From: the human T2T-CHM13v2.0 reference genome, Homo sapiens
Direction: 5' to 3' (one strand)
DNA length: 64,000 bases
Assembly: GCF_009914755.1 (NCBI RefSeq)
Contig: NC_060943.1
Below, piece after piece: positions 45,634 through 61,209 of the stretch. The first letter of the stretch is position 1; the number at the start of each line of letters is the position of its first letter. The position numbers and the translations under genes are program-made. The notes beneath the pieces are model-generated. The model made no database searches, had not been told where the DNA came from, and saw only the letters and a list, made by a program, of their open reading frames with translations.

Positions 45634-47223
45634 TAATGGGTTTCATCCTTATCAAATTTTGAATTTCACTGATTAGCCCAGTGCTTACCTTTGCTGAATC
45701 GCAGGCATTCTTGAGAGGGTATTTTAGGGGCCTTTGATTTCTTTGGGACTCCCTTCTGTTGGCATTCTTTGGCCATATGCCCAGTTTGGCCACAATTATA
45801 ACATGTGGCCCCAGTCATCACTGCAGCAAAAGTCTGAGCCAGATAAGTTGTAAGTGCCTACATTCTGGCACGTTTTAATAAACACACCGATTTCAGTGGC
45901 AGTGGCTCAGACTAGGGTTATTGCTGCCTGACAATCCTTATTGCATTTTCAAAAGCCAATTGCAACATAAGAAGTTTAGCGACTTCAGGATGAGGTACCT
46001 GTCTTTCAATTGCAGCCTGCAATCGGTTGATAAATTCAACATATGTTTCTGTGGCACCCTGTTTAACCATCACAAAGGAACTCTGGAATTGTCCCATGAG
46101 TATCCTCTTCCATGCCTGTATCGCTAGCTGTGAGCATTGAGGAAATAGACGGCCATCCACCTGAGCCTAAGCCTGAGCTGAAGCAAAAGGCCCTGTCTCC
46201 AACAGCATACATATCAAGCTGTATCAGGATATTATCCAAATTTTGCAAGGATTGCTGCATGGCTAGATCACTGTACTCTCTCCACCACACAGTATATTCA
46301 GCAGCTGAAGCCAAAACTTTTCCCAGAGTTTTCCAGTCATGCACAGCCATCTCATAACCATTTCCCAGAGCCTCAACCATCCCCTGCGTAAAGGGTGAAT
46401 GTACACCATTTTTGCAGATACTTCTTTTTAATTCCTTAAAGACAATAAAAGGCAAGCGCTCATGCCGTCTCCTATTATTTTGAACAATGACAGGGAATGC
46501 ACTAAAAAGCGCCTCAGGATCTTCCTTCCTCAGTCCCTCCTGGAGGCATCCTTCTAGTAGGGAGGTTTTTTGAGGGGACACGGCCATCCAGTCATATAAA
46601 TGTTCACTGCCTGGAGGTCTTATCCAAGAACAGTCCCTTGGACGGCCTCCAATCTACTCAAGGGGGATGGGAGGTGCTATTGCCTGAATGGGGCCAACAG
46701 ATGCAGGTCGTGTGAAGGGTGGAGGAAAAGAGGGCAATGGCTTTTCTATTGAGAGAGGAAAAGGCTCCAGTCCGTCCTCATCATCACTAGAAAAAGTGTC
46801 TTCTTTATGCCCTACTGAAGGGAGTGAAGTTGGGGGAGGAACTCCTTCCTGTTGTTCTGCTTTCTGTGTCCCCTTTTCCTTTAAATTTTCCGAATTCCCT
46901 TCAGGTGAAGAAAATGGGCAATCTGACTCACCACGATCTGGCATATAAAGAGGGTACAACACAGAACATGCCAGACTCCAGGTGATCAAAACGGTAACAT
47001 TAGTAAAATGGACCTGCTCAAATCCTCTTTTCAGGCAGCAATCTGCCTGCTCCCATAACTCTAAGTCTAATGTTCCTTGGTCAGGGAACCAAGGGCATTC
47101 CTGCCGAATTAAAAACATAAGCTTATGCAAAGCTTCAGACTCTATGGTGCACTGAATAACCTTAAGTAAATGTTGCACCGTTTTAAAAAATACTTTCTGC
47201 TCTTTGGACAACTCCTGATCCAT
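45465..47223 (-). pseudogene. gag (MA, CA, NC), disrupted
   Basis: MDQELSKEQK..CPWFPDQGTLDLELWEQ matrix; MHR-like VKQGATETYVEFINRL; zinc knuckle CYNCGQTGHMAKEC. Confidence 0.9.
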
Positions 47224-47347
47224 GGTAACCCGACCCCTGGTATTATAGACGTCGGTGCTGTCCTCCTGAAAATGGGTAGGGACTGTCCCTTACCGGTATT
47301 CCCCGAAGATTGGTGAGTCATCCTACTCCATGCATAACTTCAAGGCA

Positions 47348-47413
47348 ATCACGTCGGAGTCACCACTTGATCATGTCCGAGTCACCACTTGATCACGTCC
47401 GAGTCACCACTTG
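47348..47413 (-). repeat. Three tandem 22 bp units, each LTR-end CA + AG + 18 nt tRNA-Trp primer-binding site
   Basis: Units 47348-47369, 47370-47391, 47392-47413; + strand atcacgtcggagtcacca vs tRNA-Trp 3' end ATCACGTCGGGGTCACCA. Confidence 0.9.
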
Positions 47414-47832
47414 CAGCTTGTTCTGCAGTGAATGCCGAGAAATAAATATTCAGACAATTACAGCTGAACGGGGAAGGGAGCAGCTCCTCCAATGGAGTGT
47501 TGCTTTAAGATTCATCCGCCAAGTATTTATTGAGAAGGCTTGTTGAACTACAATTTAGACAAACAAGAAACATCCACCAGGTGGCTATTTGGATTCGGGT
47601 CATGAGGCACATATGGCCTTGTTTATAACATCTAAAAGCACTCAAACCACATTCTTAGGAGGCTGTGTTCAGCACTCTTTATCACACATTCTGTTCCTTG
47701 TCCTGTTTTCAGGGTCAAGGAATTACAGTCTCATGCACAAACAACATACACACAGTGCCTCAGTATTTTTCCATGCCTCAACCTCAAATGCCTTGTACAT
47801 AAGCTTGAATGTATTGTCTTACAACCCCCACG
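47412..47832 (-). repeat. 5' LTR of the provirus
   Basis: Direct repeat of 39256-39675 (about 28 differences by eye); TATAAA and AATAAA on minus strand; followed by PBS. Confidence 0.95.
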
Positions 47833-47930
47833 CTATGCCAGTAGGAAAAGGGGTTGCCTGGGGACTATGCCTGTTCAAAATGGTGGCTCCATCTTCCCTT
47901 TTCTTTGTAAACCACATGTACAGTAACAAC
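47833..47930 (+). mobile_element. MER61-like LTR continuation, abruptly truncated
   Basis: TGTTCAAAATGGTGGCTCCATCTTCCCTT..CCACATGTACAGTAA. Confidence 0.65.
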
Positions 47931-49296
47931 CAAGAAAGGGTGAAATTAAAGTAAAACTTTTGATTGTTGACTTGTCAAACTGGATTTGTATGGATTAATA
48001 GGTCTAGCACAGGTAGAAGAGAGACAAATACTTCTGGTTTATCTGATTTAATGCAAATACAGGCAAACCTGGCTAAGAAATGCTTTTCACCAAAGTTTGT
48101 CTGCAATTTGAACGCTGTAGGTTAAACTTATTTAAAAGTACTCTGGACAGATTCACTTGTAATATAAGCATGTTGTAGTTTCTGGTGTTTAGGACTGATT
48201 TCTGTTTATTTAGTTTTCTGAAGAGACACAAGAGACAGCCCTAGCTACTATCAGACTTCCTAGAGACAAATTGGGCAAATGAGCCCTACAAAATTCCATT
48301 TACTTTAAATATAATAAATAATAATCTCTAAACATAAGAATTTGACCAGCGTTAACCACTTTACTTTCCCAATGCACTGATACTTCTCCTTTTTTCTTAG
48401 CATAACACAAAACAAACACATGACCACACACTATCCACTCTCCAGTGCAGATCAGAGTAACAAAGGCACAAAGCAAGCTTCAGAACACACAGACCACCAT
48501 GTTCACCACATCTACATTTAGAGCTGATTAAGAAGAGAAGCAAAATCAATGAGAAGCTGACATTAGTGACTACCCTGTTTTCAGCACCTATTGTCACAAG
48601 AAGACCAAACACTCTCATTTTAAGTCAGAGCATTCACTTTTTTGGAAAAAAAAAAAAAAGTAACTTTACAGCATATATCCTGATCTCTCACTCTTTGCAA
48701 GATGACACTGGCTTTGGGCATATTACAGACACCCTTAAGACACATCGCCTGGCCTGGCTTACCTGATACAATTTTTAATTTCTCTGAAGTAAACTCAAAT
48801 TTTAAACATGTATTTCTTTATTAACTTATTTCATTAATTTCCTCGGGGACTTAACAGAAAATATATTCAATTTTCATTCACTTAATCTTACCACAATAGA
48901 TGGTGTAACATATCCAGAAGACAGCCATATGTAAGACATGCCCATACTCCGAAGCATGGAAAGCTTAACACACCAGGGACTTGAGGAATCAACACTATAA
49001 CAGTGCAAATACACAAATATTTAAGGAAAAATACGTCACCCAACAGACAGCATCTGTGGTCACCACTATCCAGCATTCTCCAAAATAAGTAGCTGTTAAT
49101 GGCTTATCTAAAAGTTGGCTTATATATAATTGTCACCACAAATTGGTTCTGAACATAATTTAGATTCCAATTTTTGATATTAACAACACAGTAATTATCT
49201 GGTAAGATATATTTATAGCTAACTTGTAATTAGACTTATGAATGCACGCATATGCCTTGGGTCACAGTGAGAGAAAAACTCTTGAGTTATTTGTAG

Positions 49297-49707
<411 letters not shown>

Positions 49708-51179
49708 TAATTTTAATAACTGAGGAGTGGGGAGGGCTTTTTAAAGTTTTATTCCTTTCTATTCAGTTTATCTTATCCTATACGGAAATGGAATAAAGTG
49801 TGGTGTCTGTCCTAATGATATTTATTTGTGGTGATGCAGAAATATCTACGCTCCCAAGCAAGAGATGAAAAATCATGTTCTCCCCAAAATGGGGAAACCA
49901 GTGTTACCTGGGGCCCAAAGAGATGTTCAGGCTACATCTGTCAGGATTGATACCATAAGAGAGGATCATCTCTCGAGCACAGTGGGGCTCACCTGAGATT
50001 TTGGTGAGTCATGTGGATGACATCAGAGACAAGCATTACCCAAAATTAGAGTCCCTATAAGACTTTCACATAAGATGGTCTTAGAATATGGTGGCCCAAC
50101 TCACACAGAAGAGGATGGCTGTGCATCCAAGTGAGACTGATATTTTTTTCTCAGGAGCCGAAATCTTAATGTAGGAGATGGCCACTCACTAAGTAGTCGA
50201 AGCATGCCCTGATGGAACTCTCTGGTGGTCAGATTTCCCACTGTCTCCCTGAGTTGCATAAAGCACAGAACAACTTGCCTGCACTCCAGCTTCTAGCATG
50301 TACCAACTCAGCAGAAAACACATCCCTGTCTATTTTGTTTCAAAAATACTTTGTTTGCCATAAAAAAGTGAATTAATATAGTAAAAGCCCAAGGACTGCC
50401 TAGGGTAGGTAGCAGGTCTGTCATCACCAGAAGTATTTAAATGCTGGCCAGACAAATACTCTGTGGAAATAAGTTTCACTCTTTGTGAAAGGGGTAAAAT
50501 AAATCTTTGTCTTGGGCACTCTCAGATTTAGTGAAGATCTTAGCATACAATAGATAAACAACAACTTCTGTTTACTAAATAAACTTTATTTTCACAGATT
50601 ACAGGTGAAGCAAAATATTGATATAACTCTAAGACATTAAGGTATCACAAGACAACTTATGTTCTTTATGGGGTTTCAATTAAGAAATTACATGAAAAAT
50701 AAGTCCATGAAAGGAGTTCTGATGCTCTAATTAGCATCAGAACTGCTCTGATGGGCTTAAACCATTGTGAAAGTCCTAGCTTGCTTCCTACTCAAAGTCT
50801 CTTCTCATGAATCCTATGCTTAAAAGTCAAACAGATAAAGCATCACTACATCAAACACAAACTTCAACACTCTTAACATTTAGGTGTAAATCTCATCTGA
50901 AAATCATTCAAAAGCTCAGGTCATCTACAAGAAATCTGTTCTTTGCAGTTTAGTATCAGTAAATTAAAAGGAAAGCAGGAAAATAATAAGATAAAGCCAT
51001 TTAATTATTTTTGTAGGTAAGAACATAACATTGGTTTATCAGTTACATAGTATTTTCATGCTTCATCCATGCCAGGTACTTAATTTTTAACCAACTATAA
51101 CACATTACAAGTGGAGAAATAGCTAAAAACATAGAAAACATATTAACTCTTTAAAGGGTAGAGAACATGCCCAGTTCAT

Positions 51180-52015
51180 ATACATTGCCTAATCTAGCAT
51201 TCCAATCTTAGTAAGACACCACCATCCACCCAGCTATAAAATCTAAGATCAGGAAGTCATCTATCCCTTCCCCATACCATCCCATCATCAAGCCTCTCCT
51301 ACCTCTTAAACCTCTATCAAATCCATCTGAGCTCCCGTCTCTACTGTCACTATGCTTCAGGCCACCAATGCTTTTCAATTTTTTCATAAACTAGCCTTCT
51401 AACTGATCTTATTCCAAACAGAAGGCCAATAATTATTTCCTTCTACCAGGTCTATTTACTACTATGGGTAAAAATAGTCCGTAACATTCAAATCTCACCA
51501 CACTACTTTTGGGGCCAACACTTTTTACAGCTTTCCAGAGCTCCTACAAGCCTACTCTAACCCCTGCCTACTTCATCATTCCTGTCATTCCCCTCATTCA
51601 GTGTCTTTTCTTCTTCCAAACACACTGTACTTCTCCCACTTCCCTGGACACATCCACCTTTTCAACCTCAGCTTCTGTACCTGCTGTTCTCTGAAGCATT
51701 CTTTTTCTTCCTGTCACCCATTCTTCAGATATTAGCTCAAATGTCACTTCCACAGGATGCCTTCCTTGACCTGCATCCCGACATCCTCCATTCCTCTTCC
51801 ATACACAAAGGCCAAACTTTACTTCATAAGTTCTTGTCATACTTTGAGCAGTTAACACTGATATAAGTGAGCTTTTCCTGGCTGGATGAGTCTCTTTCAC
51901 TGTGATATGTCCTCTATGATATTAGCAACTGTCTATCTTTGCAATGCAAGTAAGTTTGGTGGTAAAGACAGAACCTTCACAAGCAGATAATCAGATATTT
52001 ATGGAATAAATAAAA
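51180..52015 (+). mobile_element. LINE-2 fragment, highly diverged
   Basis: Pyrimidine-rich L2-like body (caccaccatccacccagc, agctcaaatgtcacttcc..ccttccttgacc). Confidence 0.6.
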
Positions 52016-52088
52016 TCTGTAAATGTGAAAAAAGAATCATGGGAATGGTAAATTTGATAGTGAAAAACTGTCTCTTAAAAAGAGGCTA

Positions 52089-52454
<366 letters not shown>

Positions 52455-52940
52455 TTAACACAAAATGGCTCTTATAAAACTTATTTTTATAATTTAAATA
52501 CAAATCAAATTCAGAGAAACACAAGTTAAGCCTCCTTTAAGTTACTTTTGGTTTAAAACTTTTGAGTGTTTTAACCAAATACATACAGATTTAACTGACC
52601 AAATCACAGAAAACCTGTTTGAGATGTTAAACCATTGTAAAACAATCCGCTGAACCAACAATTAAAAGCTCTAAAGTAAAAGATAAAATGGCCTAAAAAA
52701 TCTATTTTCTGTATCATAAAGGAAAATATAGAAGCCTCCTCAGAAATAAAACTAAGTTAGAATATTATGTCTAAATGTATCTGTCAGGTATGAATCTAAA
52801 TTCTAGTTAGCATGCAGCACTTATTAATTGACATTTACAGTTAGTAATGTATCCTTAATCAATTAGGATTTCATGTTGTATAAAAGACACTAAGTCACAC
52901 ACAATGCTAACTTTTTCTTTGTTAAAAATTTACTCTTTGA

Positions 52941-54696
52941 GCCCTCTCCCTCTCCCTCTCCCTCTCGGTCTCCCTCTCCCTCTCCCTCTCTTTCCACGGT
53001 CTCCTTCTGATGCTGAGCCGAAGCTGGACAGTACTGCTGCCATCTCGGCTCACTGCAACCTCCCTGCCTCGTTCTCCTGCCTCAGACTGCCGAGTGCCTG
53101 CGATTGCAGGTGCGCACCGCCACGCCTGACTGATGTTCATATTTTTTTGGTGGAGATGGGGTTTCGCTGTGTTGGCCGGGCTGGCCTCCAGCTCCTAACC
53201 GCGAGTGATCTGCCAGCCTCGGCCTCCCGAGGTGTCGGGATTGCAGACGGAGTCTCGTTCACTCAGTGCTCAATGTTGCCCAGGCTGGAGTGCAGTGACG
53301 TGATCTCAGCTAGCTACAACCTCCACCTCCCAGCTGCCTGCCTTGGCCTCCCAAAGTGCCAAGATTGCAGCCTCTGCCCGGCCGCCACCCCATCTGGGAA
53401 GTGAGGAGCGTCTCTGCCTGGCCGCCCATCATCTGGGATGTGAGGAGCCCCTCTGCCTGGCTGCCCAGTCTGGGAAGTGAGGAGCCCCTCTTCCCTGCCG
53501 CCATCCCATCTAGGAAGTGAGGAGCGTCTCTTCCCGGCTGCCCATCGTCTGAGATGTGGGGAGCGTCTCTGCCCCGCCGCCCCGTCTGGGATGTGAGGAG
53601 CGCCTCTGCCCAGCCGCGACCCCTTCTGGAAGGTGAGGAGCTTCTCTGCCCGGCCGCCCCGTCTGAGAAGTGAGGAGGCCCTCAGCCCGGCAGCCGCCCC
53701 GTCTGAGAAGTGAGGAGCCCCTCCGCCTGGCAGCCACCCCATCTGGGAAGTGAGGAGCGTCTCCGCCCGGCAGCCATCCCATCCGGGAGGGAGGTGGGGG
53801 GCAGCCCCCGCCTAGCCAGCCTCCCCGTCCGGGAGGGAGGTGGGGGGCAGCCCCCGCCCAGCCAGCCTCCCCGTCCGGGAGGGAGGTGGGGGGCAGCCCC
53901 CGCCCGGCCAGCCGCCCCGTCCAGGAGGGAGGTGGGGGGCAGCCCCCGCCCGGCCAGCCGCCCCATCCGGGAGGGAGGTGGGGGGCAGCCCCCGCCCGGC
54001 CAGCCGCCCCGTCCGGGAGGGAGGTGGGGGCCAGCCCCCGCCCGGCCAGCAACCCCATCCGGGAGGGAGGTGGGGGGCTCCTCCGCCCGGCCGCCGCCCC
54101 ATCCGGGAGGTGGGGGGCGCCTCTGCCTGGCCGCCCCTTCTGGGAAGTGAGCCCCTTTGCCTGGCCGCCACACCATCTGGGAGGTGTACCCAACAGCTCA
54201 TTGAGAAGGGGCCGTGATGACGATGGTGGTTTTGTGGAATAGAAAAGGGGTAAATGTGGGGAAAAGATAGAGAAATCAGATTGTTGCTGTGTCTGTGTAG
54301 AAAGAAGTAGACGTAGGAGACTCCATTTTGTTCTGCACTAAGGAAGATTCTTCTGCCTTGGGATGCTGTTGATCTATGACCTTGCCCCCAACCCTGTGCT
54401 CTCTGAAACATGTGCTGTGTCCACTCAGGGTTAAATGGATTAAGGGCGGTGCAAGATGTGCTTTGTTAAACAGATGCTTGAAGGCAGCATGCTCATTAAG
54501 AGTCATCACCACTCCCTAATCTCAAGTACCCAGGGACACAAACACTGTGGAAGGCCGCAGGGTTCTCTGCCTAGGAAAACCAGAGACCTTTGTTCACTTG
54601 TTTATCTGCTGACCTTCCCTCCTCTATTGTCCTACGACCCTGCCAAATCCCCCTCTGCGAGAAACAGCCAAGAATGATCAATTAAAAAAAAAAAAA
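52941..54696 (+). mobile_element. Full-length SVA (older, SVA_B/C-like)
   Basis: (CCCTCT)n hexamers 52942-52990, Alu-like domain, VNTR, complete SINE-R, poly(A); imperfect TSD aaaaatt(t)actctt(t)ga. Confidence 0.97.
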
Positions 54697-55532
54697 TTAC
54701 TCTTGAAAAGAAAACCCATTCAAAGGGTTCACCTTGTGTTTCAGGACACCCACCTTATCTTCTGGGTATCTCTTTTATTTCTAAAAATATATGTACCTCT
54801 ATTAAAGGAAAGTTAAAATTTTGATTGTGTGTATTTATAGAAGTGCTTTGTTGTTGTTTTTAACAATAAAGTACCAGGGTAAAATAACTTCCCCTAAAAC
54901 AGTAAAAATGGTTCTTTTTATGAGTATGATACATAATCAATTATTATCAAGTAGGTACATTGCACATACACATATCAAGCAAGATTTATACCCTGCAGGT
55001 TTCTGGTTTTACATTCAATTTTAAAACCAAGAAATAATGGAATAAAGGAAAGTTAAATTACATATAAACCAACACTTCTATTAACTCATACCACTAGTGA
55101 AACAAAACTCTAAATAAGTAGAGAAAATGAATTCACACATTGGAGCTCTGAAATGTTCTGGGTCTTTTATCTGTGCATTTATTTTTCCCATTGAATTTAA
55201 AGTTCAAGCCAAAATCCATTAATAATGTTTAGAATTATTAAAGGCCACAGTGTGACAGATTTTAGTGCAACCAGGCATTAAGAAGCATGCTTTTCTCTTT
55301 AAGCTGAGCCAACTTTTATTTTAGAATTTCTGTAATTCAACATTCTTTCCCACCAAAACACCTAAATCTTTTTCATGTAGCTGCAAACGACTACATGACA
55401 GATGTGACAAAGTTGTTAGTTTATGTCCACTTCCTTTACTGAATGTGGAGTGAAAGGCCTTAGTTTTCAATTTACATGTGGCTCTTCTCCAAAATCTTAA
55501 AAAATCTCATGTTTATATTAGAAATCAACAGG

Positions 55533-56720
<1,188 letters not shown>

Positions 56721-56869
56721 AAGCACCAGGATGCACAGGGCATTCAGCAGGAACAGAACTCACTCCCATGTATGGGACTGCAAAGGTTGCTGCAGAGAAC
56801 AGGCATTGGGTACCTGGCCACTGATACCAATGGGATGCTTACAGTCTCTCCACTGATTTAAGAATTTTA

Positions 56870-57169
<300 letters not shown>

Positions 57170-58092
57170 TTAAAACAACTATTCTCAAGTGTTGCCCATG
57201 TCTCTGAGGTAAGTGGGGGCCCACACCACTTTGGGGGCAACTGTCTCCTTTCTGCAGGCAGCCCTTTCTTATCTGGAATTCAGTCTCCTCATCTTCCTGC
57301 CTTCTCCCTTGCATATCTCCTGCTTGTGTAATAGGGTGGAAAGTGGAGGGCAGGACAAAGTTCAGACCAGTGGCACTGGTTAGCTAAAAGATCACTCGTT
57401 TCATTCTACTAGACAGTTCTGGTCTGAGGCCTGGGTTCTCAGAACATAAAATTATCACTGTCTCCTTTATTGCATCCCTGTATTATCCCTATCCCTCTTA
57501 GCCAGGGCAGCTGGCTGACATCCACCCTCTCAAGAGGAGATGTATGGACAGAAGACCTGGCTCAGAAACACTGCTCTATGAAAAGGGCAGATAGTTATGT
57601 AAGAATTTTGCAAAAACTTGAGAAATTAAAATAAGGGAGACTATGAATGCAAAAACATTAACTGTCAAGCAAGTAAGAGATAATTCAAAGAATTTTTTAA
57701 AAAGATGTAGTCCACATAACTTAAATCATGAGGAAGACTGGCAGATGACAGCATCAGAGTGGATTTCCTAAATAACTGAGGAGGTGACTGGGAAAACTGA
57801 GCCACCTACCAAAACAGCTTTACAGAGCCAATGCATCTCAATTGTTGTAGAAGAAGATGAGTTCTAGAACTCTTATTTACTCTAAAGTTTTCAAATACAT
57901 TGAACACCACTTAATGTTTTCCTCAATCCCAAGCTTCTTGTAAAACTTTGACCCTGCCAACCATGGCATCTTAGAGGCAGATAAAAGCTTACCTACTTTC
58001 TGGAACTTCAGATTTCTAAATATAGCACATGCAATACAGGGAATGCACTCAGTATGCTTGTGGATACAATAAAGTCCACTACTATACCTCTC

Positions 58093-58235
58093 AAGCAGGC
58101 TTTGTTGACTTCAGCTCTCCTGACATTTGGGGCTGTCCTATGCATTGTAATATGTGGAGCAGCATTTCTAGTGTCTGTACACTAAATGCCAGTAGCACCC
58201 TTTCCCAAAGCAAGACACTAAAAATTTTATCATTC
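58093..58235 (+). mobile_element. MER20-like DNA transposon fragment
   Basis: tgacatttggggctgtcctatgcattgt..gcagcat..atgccagtagcaccc. Confidence 0.65.
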
Positions 58236-58998
58236 TGTAAAGGAAATCCACAGTGGACACCCACAAAGCTTCCTGATCTCAAAACATGCCACTTTATTCC
58301 ATATGTAGATTTTGAGTTTCTGGAACAGTTATTTTATCCTTATGACAATCCCATGAGGTAGAAAAGCTACTGACAAGATGCCTGTCATATTCATCAATGG
58401 CAGTGCCACCAAAGGCTAAAGTTTCATTTTAAATTCCCTTATACTTTCAAAATCAACCGAATTTATTTTGAAAAAAATATGGCCTTCTTTATTAAAAATA
58501 ACAACACACATACACGGAGGTAAATAAGCAGTATACATTTAAAGCTACATTGTTTTGAGATCAAGCTGACTCTATAAAGCAGCTGTCCCATGGAGCTAAG
58601 CGGTAGTTAGGAATTGTGGATTCTGAGCTTAATTTATTGTCAGCCCTTGGGTAGATCATAAAGCAGCTATAACAGGAGTCAATATACCCACCCAACCCTA
58701 ATAGTTTTGCTCTGAGTGGAAATGTGAAATCTTTGCTGAATGCTTTTGAAAAAGCGGAGTGAAAATAACTTAGTCCAGGAAGGTACAGCAAAATAAATAA
58801 GGAATATTTTAAAGTAATTAAACCACCAGAAATATCTGATATATAATCCTACCCCATTGTCTCTGAGAAAAGGGAAAAAGAGAAAAACACAAAGCAAGCT
58901 ATCAAAAGCAGATACAGCTTTTAAAAGTTCTATCTAATTAACCCCACTAAGAAATTTTTTGGCTACCTGGTGTATGCCAGGCACTGTATAATGTAGGA

Positions 58999-59499
58999 CA
59001 GTGGTTTCCAATCTTTTTGGCACCAGGGTCTGGTTTTGCAGAAGACAACTTTTCCGCACATGTGGCGGGATGGTTTCCTTTTGGGATGATTCAAGCACAT
59101 TACACTTACTGTGCACTTTGTTGCTATTATGATTGCATTGTAATATATAATGAAATAATTAAACAACTCACCATAATGTAGAATCAGTGAGAGCCCTGGG
59201 ATTATTTTGCTGCAACTAAATGTTCCCATCTGGAAGTGATGAGGGGCAGTGACAGACCCTAAGGCATCAGAGTCTCATAAATAGTTTGCAACGTACATCT
59301 CTCACATGCTCAGTTCACAATAGTGTTTGCACTCCTATGATAATCTAATGCTGCTGCTGATCTGTTATGCAAGTGATGGGGAGTGGCTGTGAATACTGAT
59401 GAAGCTTCACTCACCCACCATTCACCTCCTGCTGTGCAGCCTGGTTTGTAACAGACCACAGACTGGTATCAGTCTGTGCCCTGGTGTTGAGGAACACTG
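58999..59499 (+). mobile_element. MER1A-like hAT DNA transposon
   Basis: CAGTGGTTTCCAATCTTTTTGGCACCAGGG...GGAACACTG termini; 8 bp TSD-like atgtagga / atgtgggg. Confidence 0.85.
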
Positions 59500-59514
59500 A
59501 TGTGGGGCAACTAC

Positions 59515-59867
<353 letters not shown>

Positions 59868-61209
59868 TAATAAACAGCTATTGATCTAATGCAGGACTAA
59901 TAAGGTAAGGTGTATTTTTTTTCCTTCAACATGCTGTGCCTGTTTCAGATGCAAATAAGACCTCAGGAGTCGGCCTGAAGAGACTTAAAATAAAAAATGT
60001 TCCCCCAGATGGGAACATTTAGTTGTAGGAAAATCAAGCAGTCACTTGGATGGTGTAACAAGTTAGGTATGAATGTATTACCTGTGCCAGCTTAGTGAGA
60101 TGCATGTTTACATCACATAACAAACACGTGTCTGCCATGCTCAGGGCTTAGAGTCTAAATTTCTGATGAGAAATAAAGTGGTATCTAGACAACCCCAGAG
60201 AGTGATATTCCATACATCCATAAGCATTAGTAGCATTTCTAAAAATTATCAAACATCCAACAAGTCCTTTAAAAACAAGATATGCTAACATGCAAGCAGT
60301 TTAGCAGTATTTCTAAAAATGATAAACAGTACAACTTCATTCACCTGAAATGGAGCACAAGACCCTTCTGAAGGAATTCATATCCATTCCTGCAAAAGTT
60401 CTGTGGACTCTTGAAGGTAGCACAGAACTAAGTGTTTTTTGTGTGTGTTTCCAAAGAGGTTTTAGCCGAGCCTTTGGCCTCTAACAGACTCTCTGATTAA
60501 AATATGGCTTAGAAACTCTACCTGCCTACTTGAAAAAGCATCAAAACTAGAGAATGCTTTTCACAGGTGTGAAAAAATGAAAACAAAATCACATTCTTCT
60601 CTTTGCAATTCCCTTTCCCCCACCTTCCACTTCTATTAAATATACTTCAGAATAATTGTGCACAGGTACAGAGACCACTACATATCTAAAAAAGGAAAAA
60701 ACCCTCAAATATATGGGGATGCACTGGCAATCTTGCCTTTGCGGAAATCATTTTGTTTCCTCCAGACAGAAGTGTCTCACTATTTTCAGCATTCTCATCT
60801 AACAGGCAGTTTCCACTGACTTTGAAAGGGGTAAGCTTGAATCTAAACTCTTAAACAAGAACGAGGGTTCAATTTTCTAGTAATGAAAATCCCAGACATG
60901 TTTTTCAACCTACCAAATCGTTATATTTTTAATTCACCCTTCTTTCTCTCTCCACAAACACTAACATCACCACCCACAAAAGAAAAAGGCAATCCCTCCA
61001 ATTTTCCCCAAATGTGCGCTGCTGCTAGCTGGGAAGCTGTGTAGAGTTTTGTAATGGAGTGTGAACTGCTGCCCGGGATCTGGGCTCATGTTCTATCTCC
61101 TAACCAGTAAGAAGAGAAGGAGGACAAATCCACTGAGCAGGAAAAAAAAAAAAAAAAAAAAAAGAAAAAAAAAGAAAGAAAATCTTTCCTCCTCATTTAT
61201 AACCTCTCA

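Noticed and set aside
47348-47413. Triple repeat as CRISPR array or tRNA gene
   Set aside because: No spacers, eukaryotic context; only the 3' 18 nt of a tRNA are matched, which is a PBS
52904-54677. Long ORFs up to 227 aa on both strands
   Set aside because: SVA repeat artefacts
59995-60020. 10 bp inverted repeat aaatgttccc / gggaacattt
   Set aside because: Short enough to occur by chance in 64 kb; no supporting context
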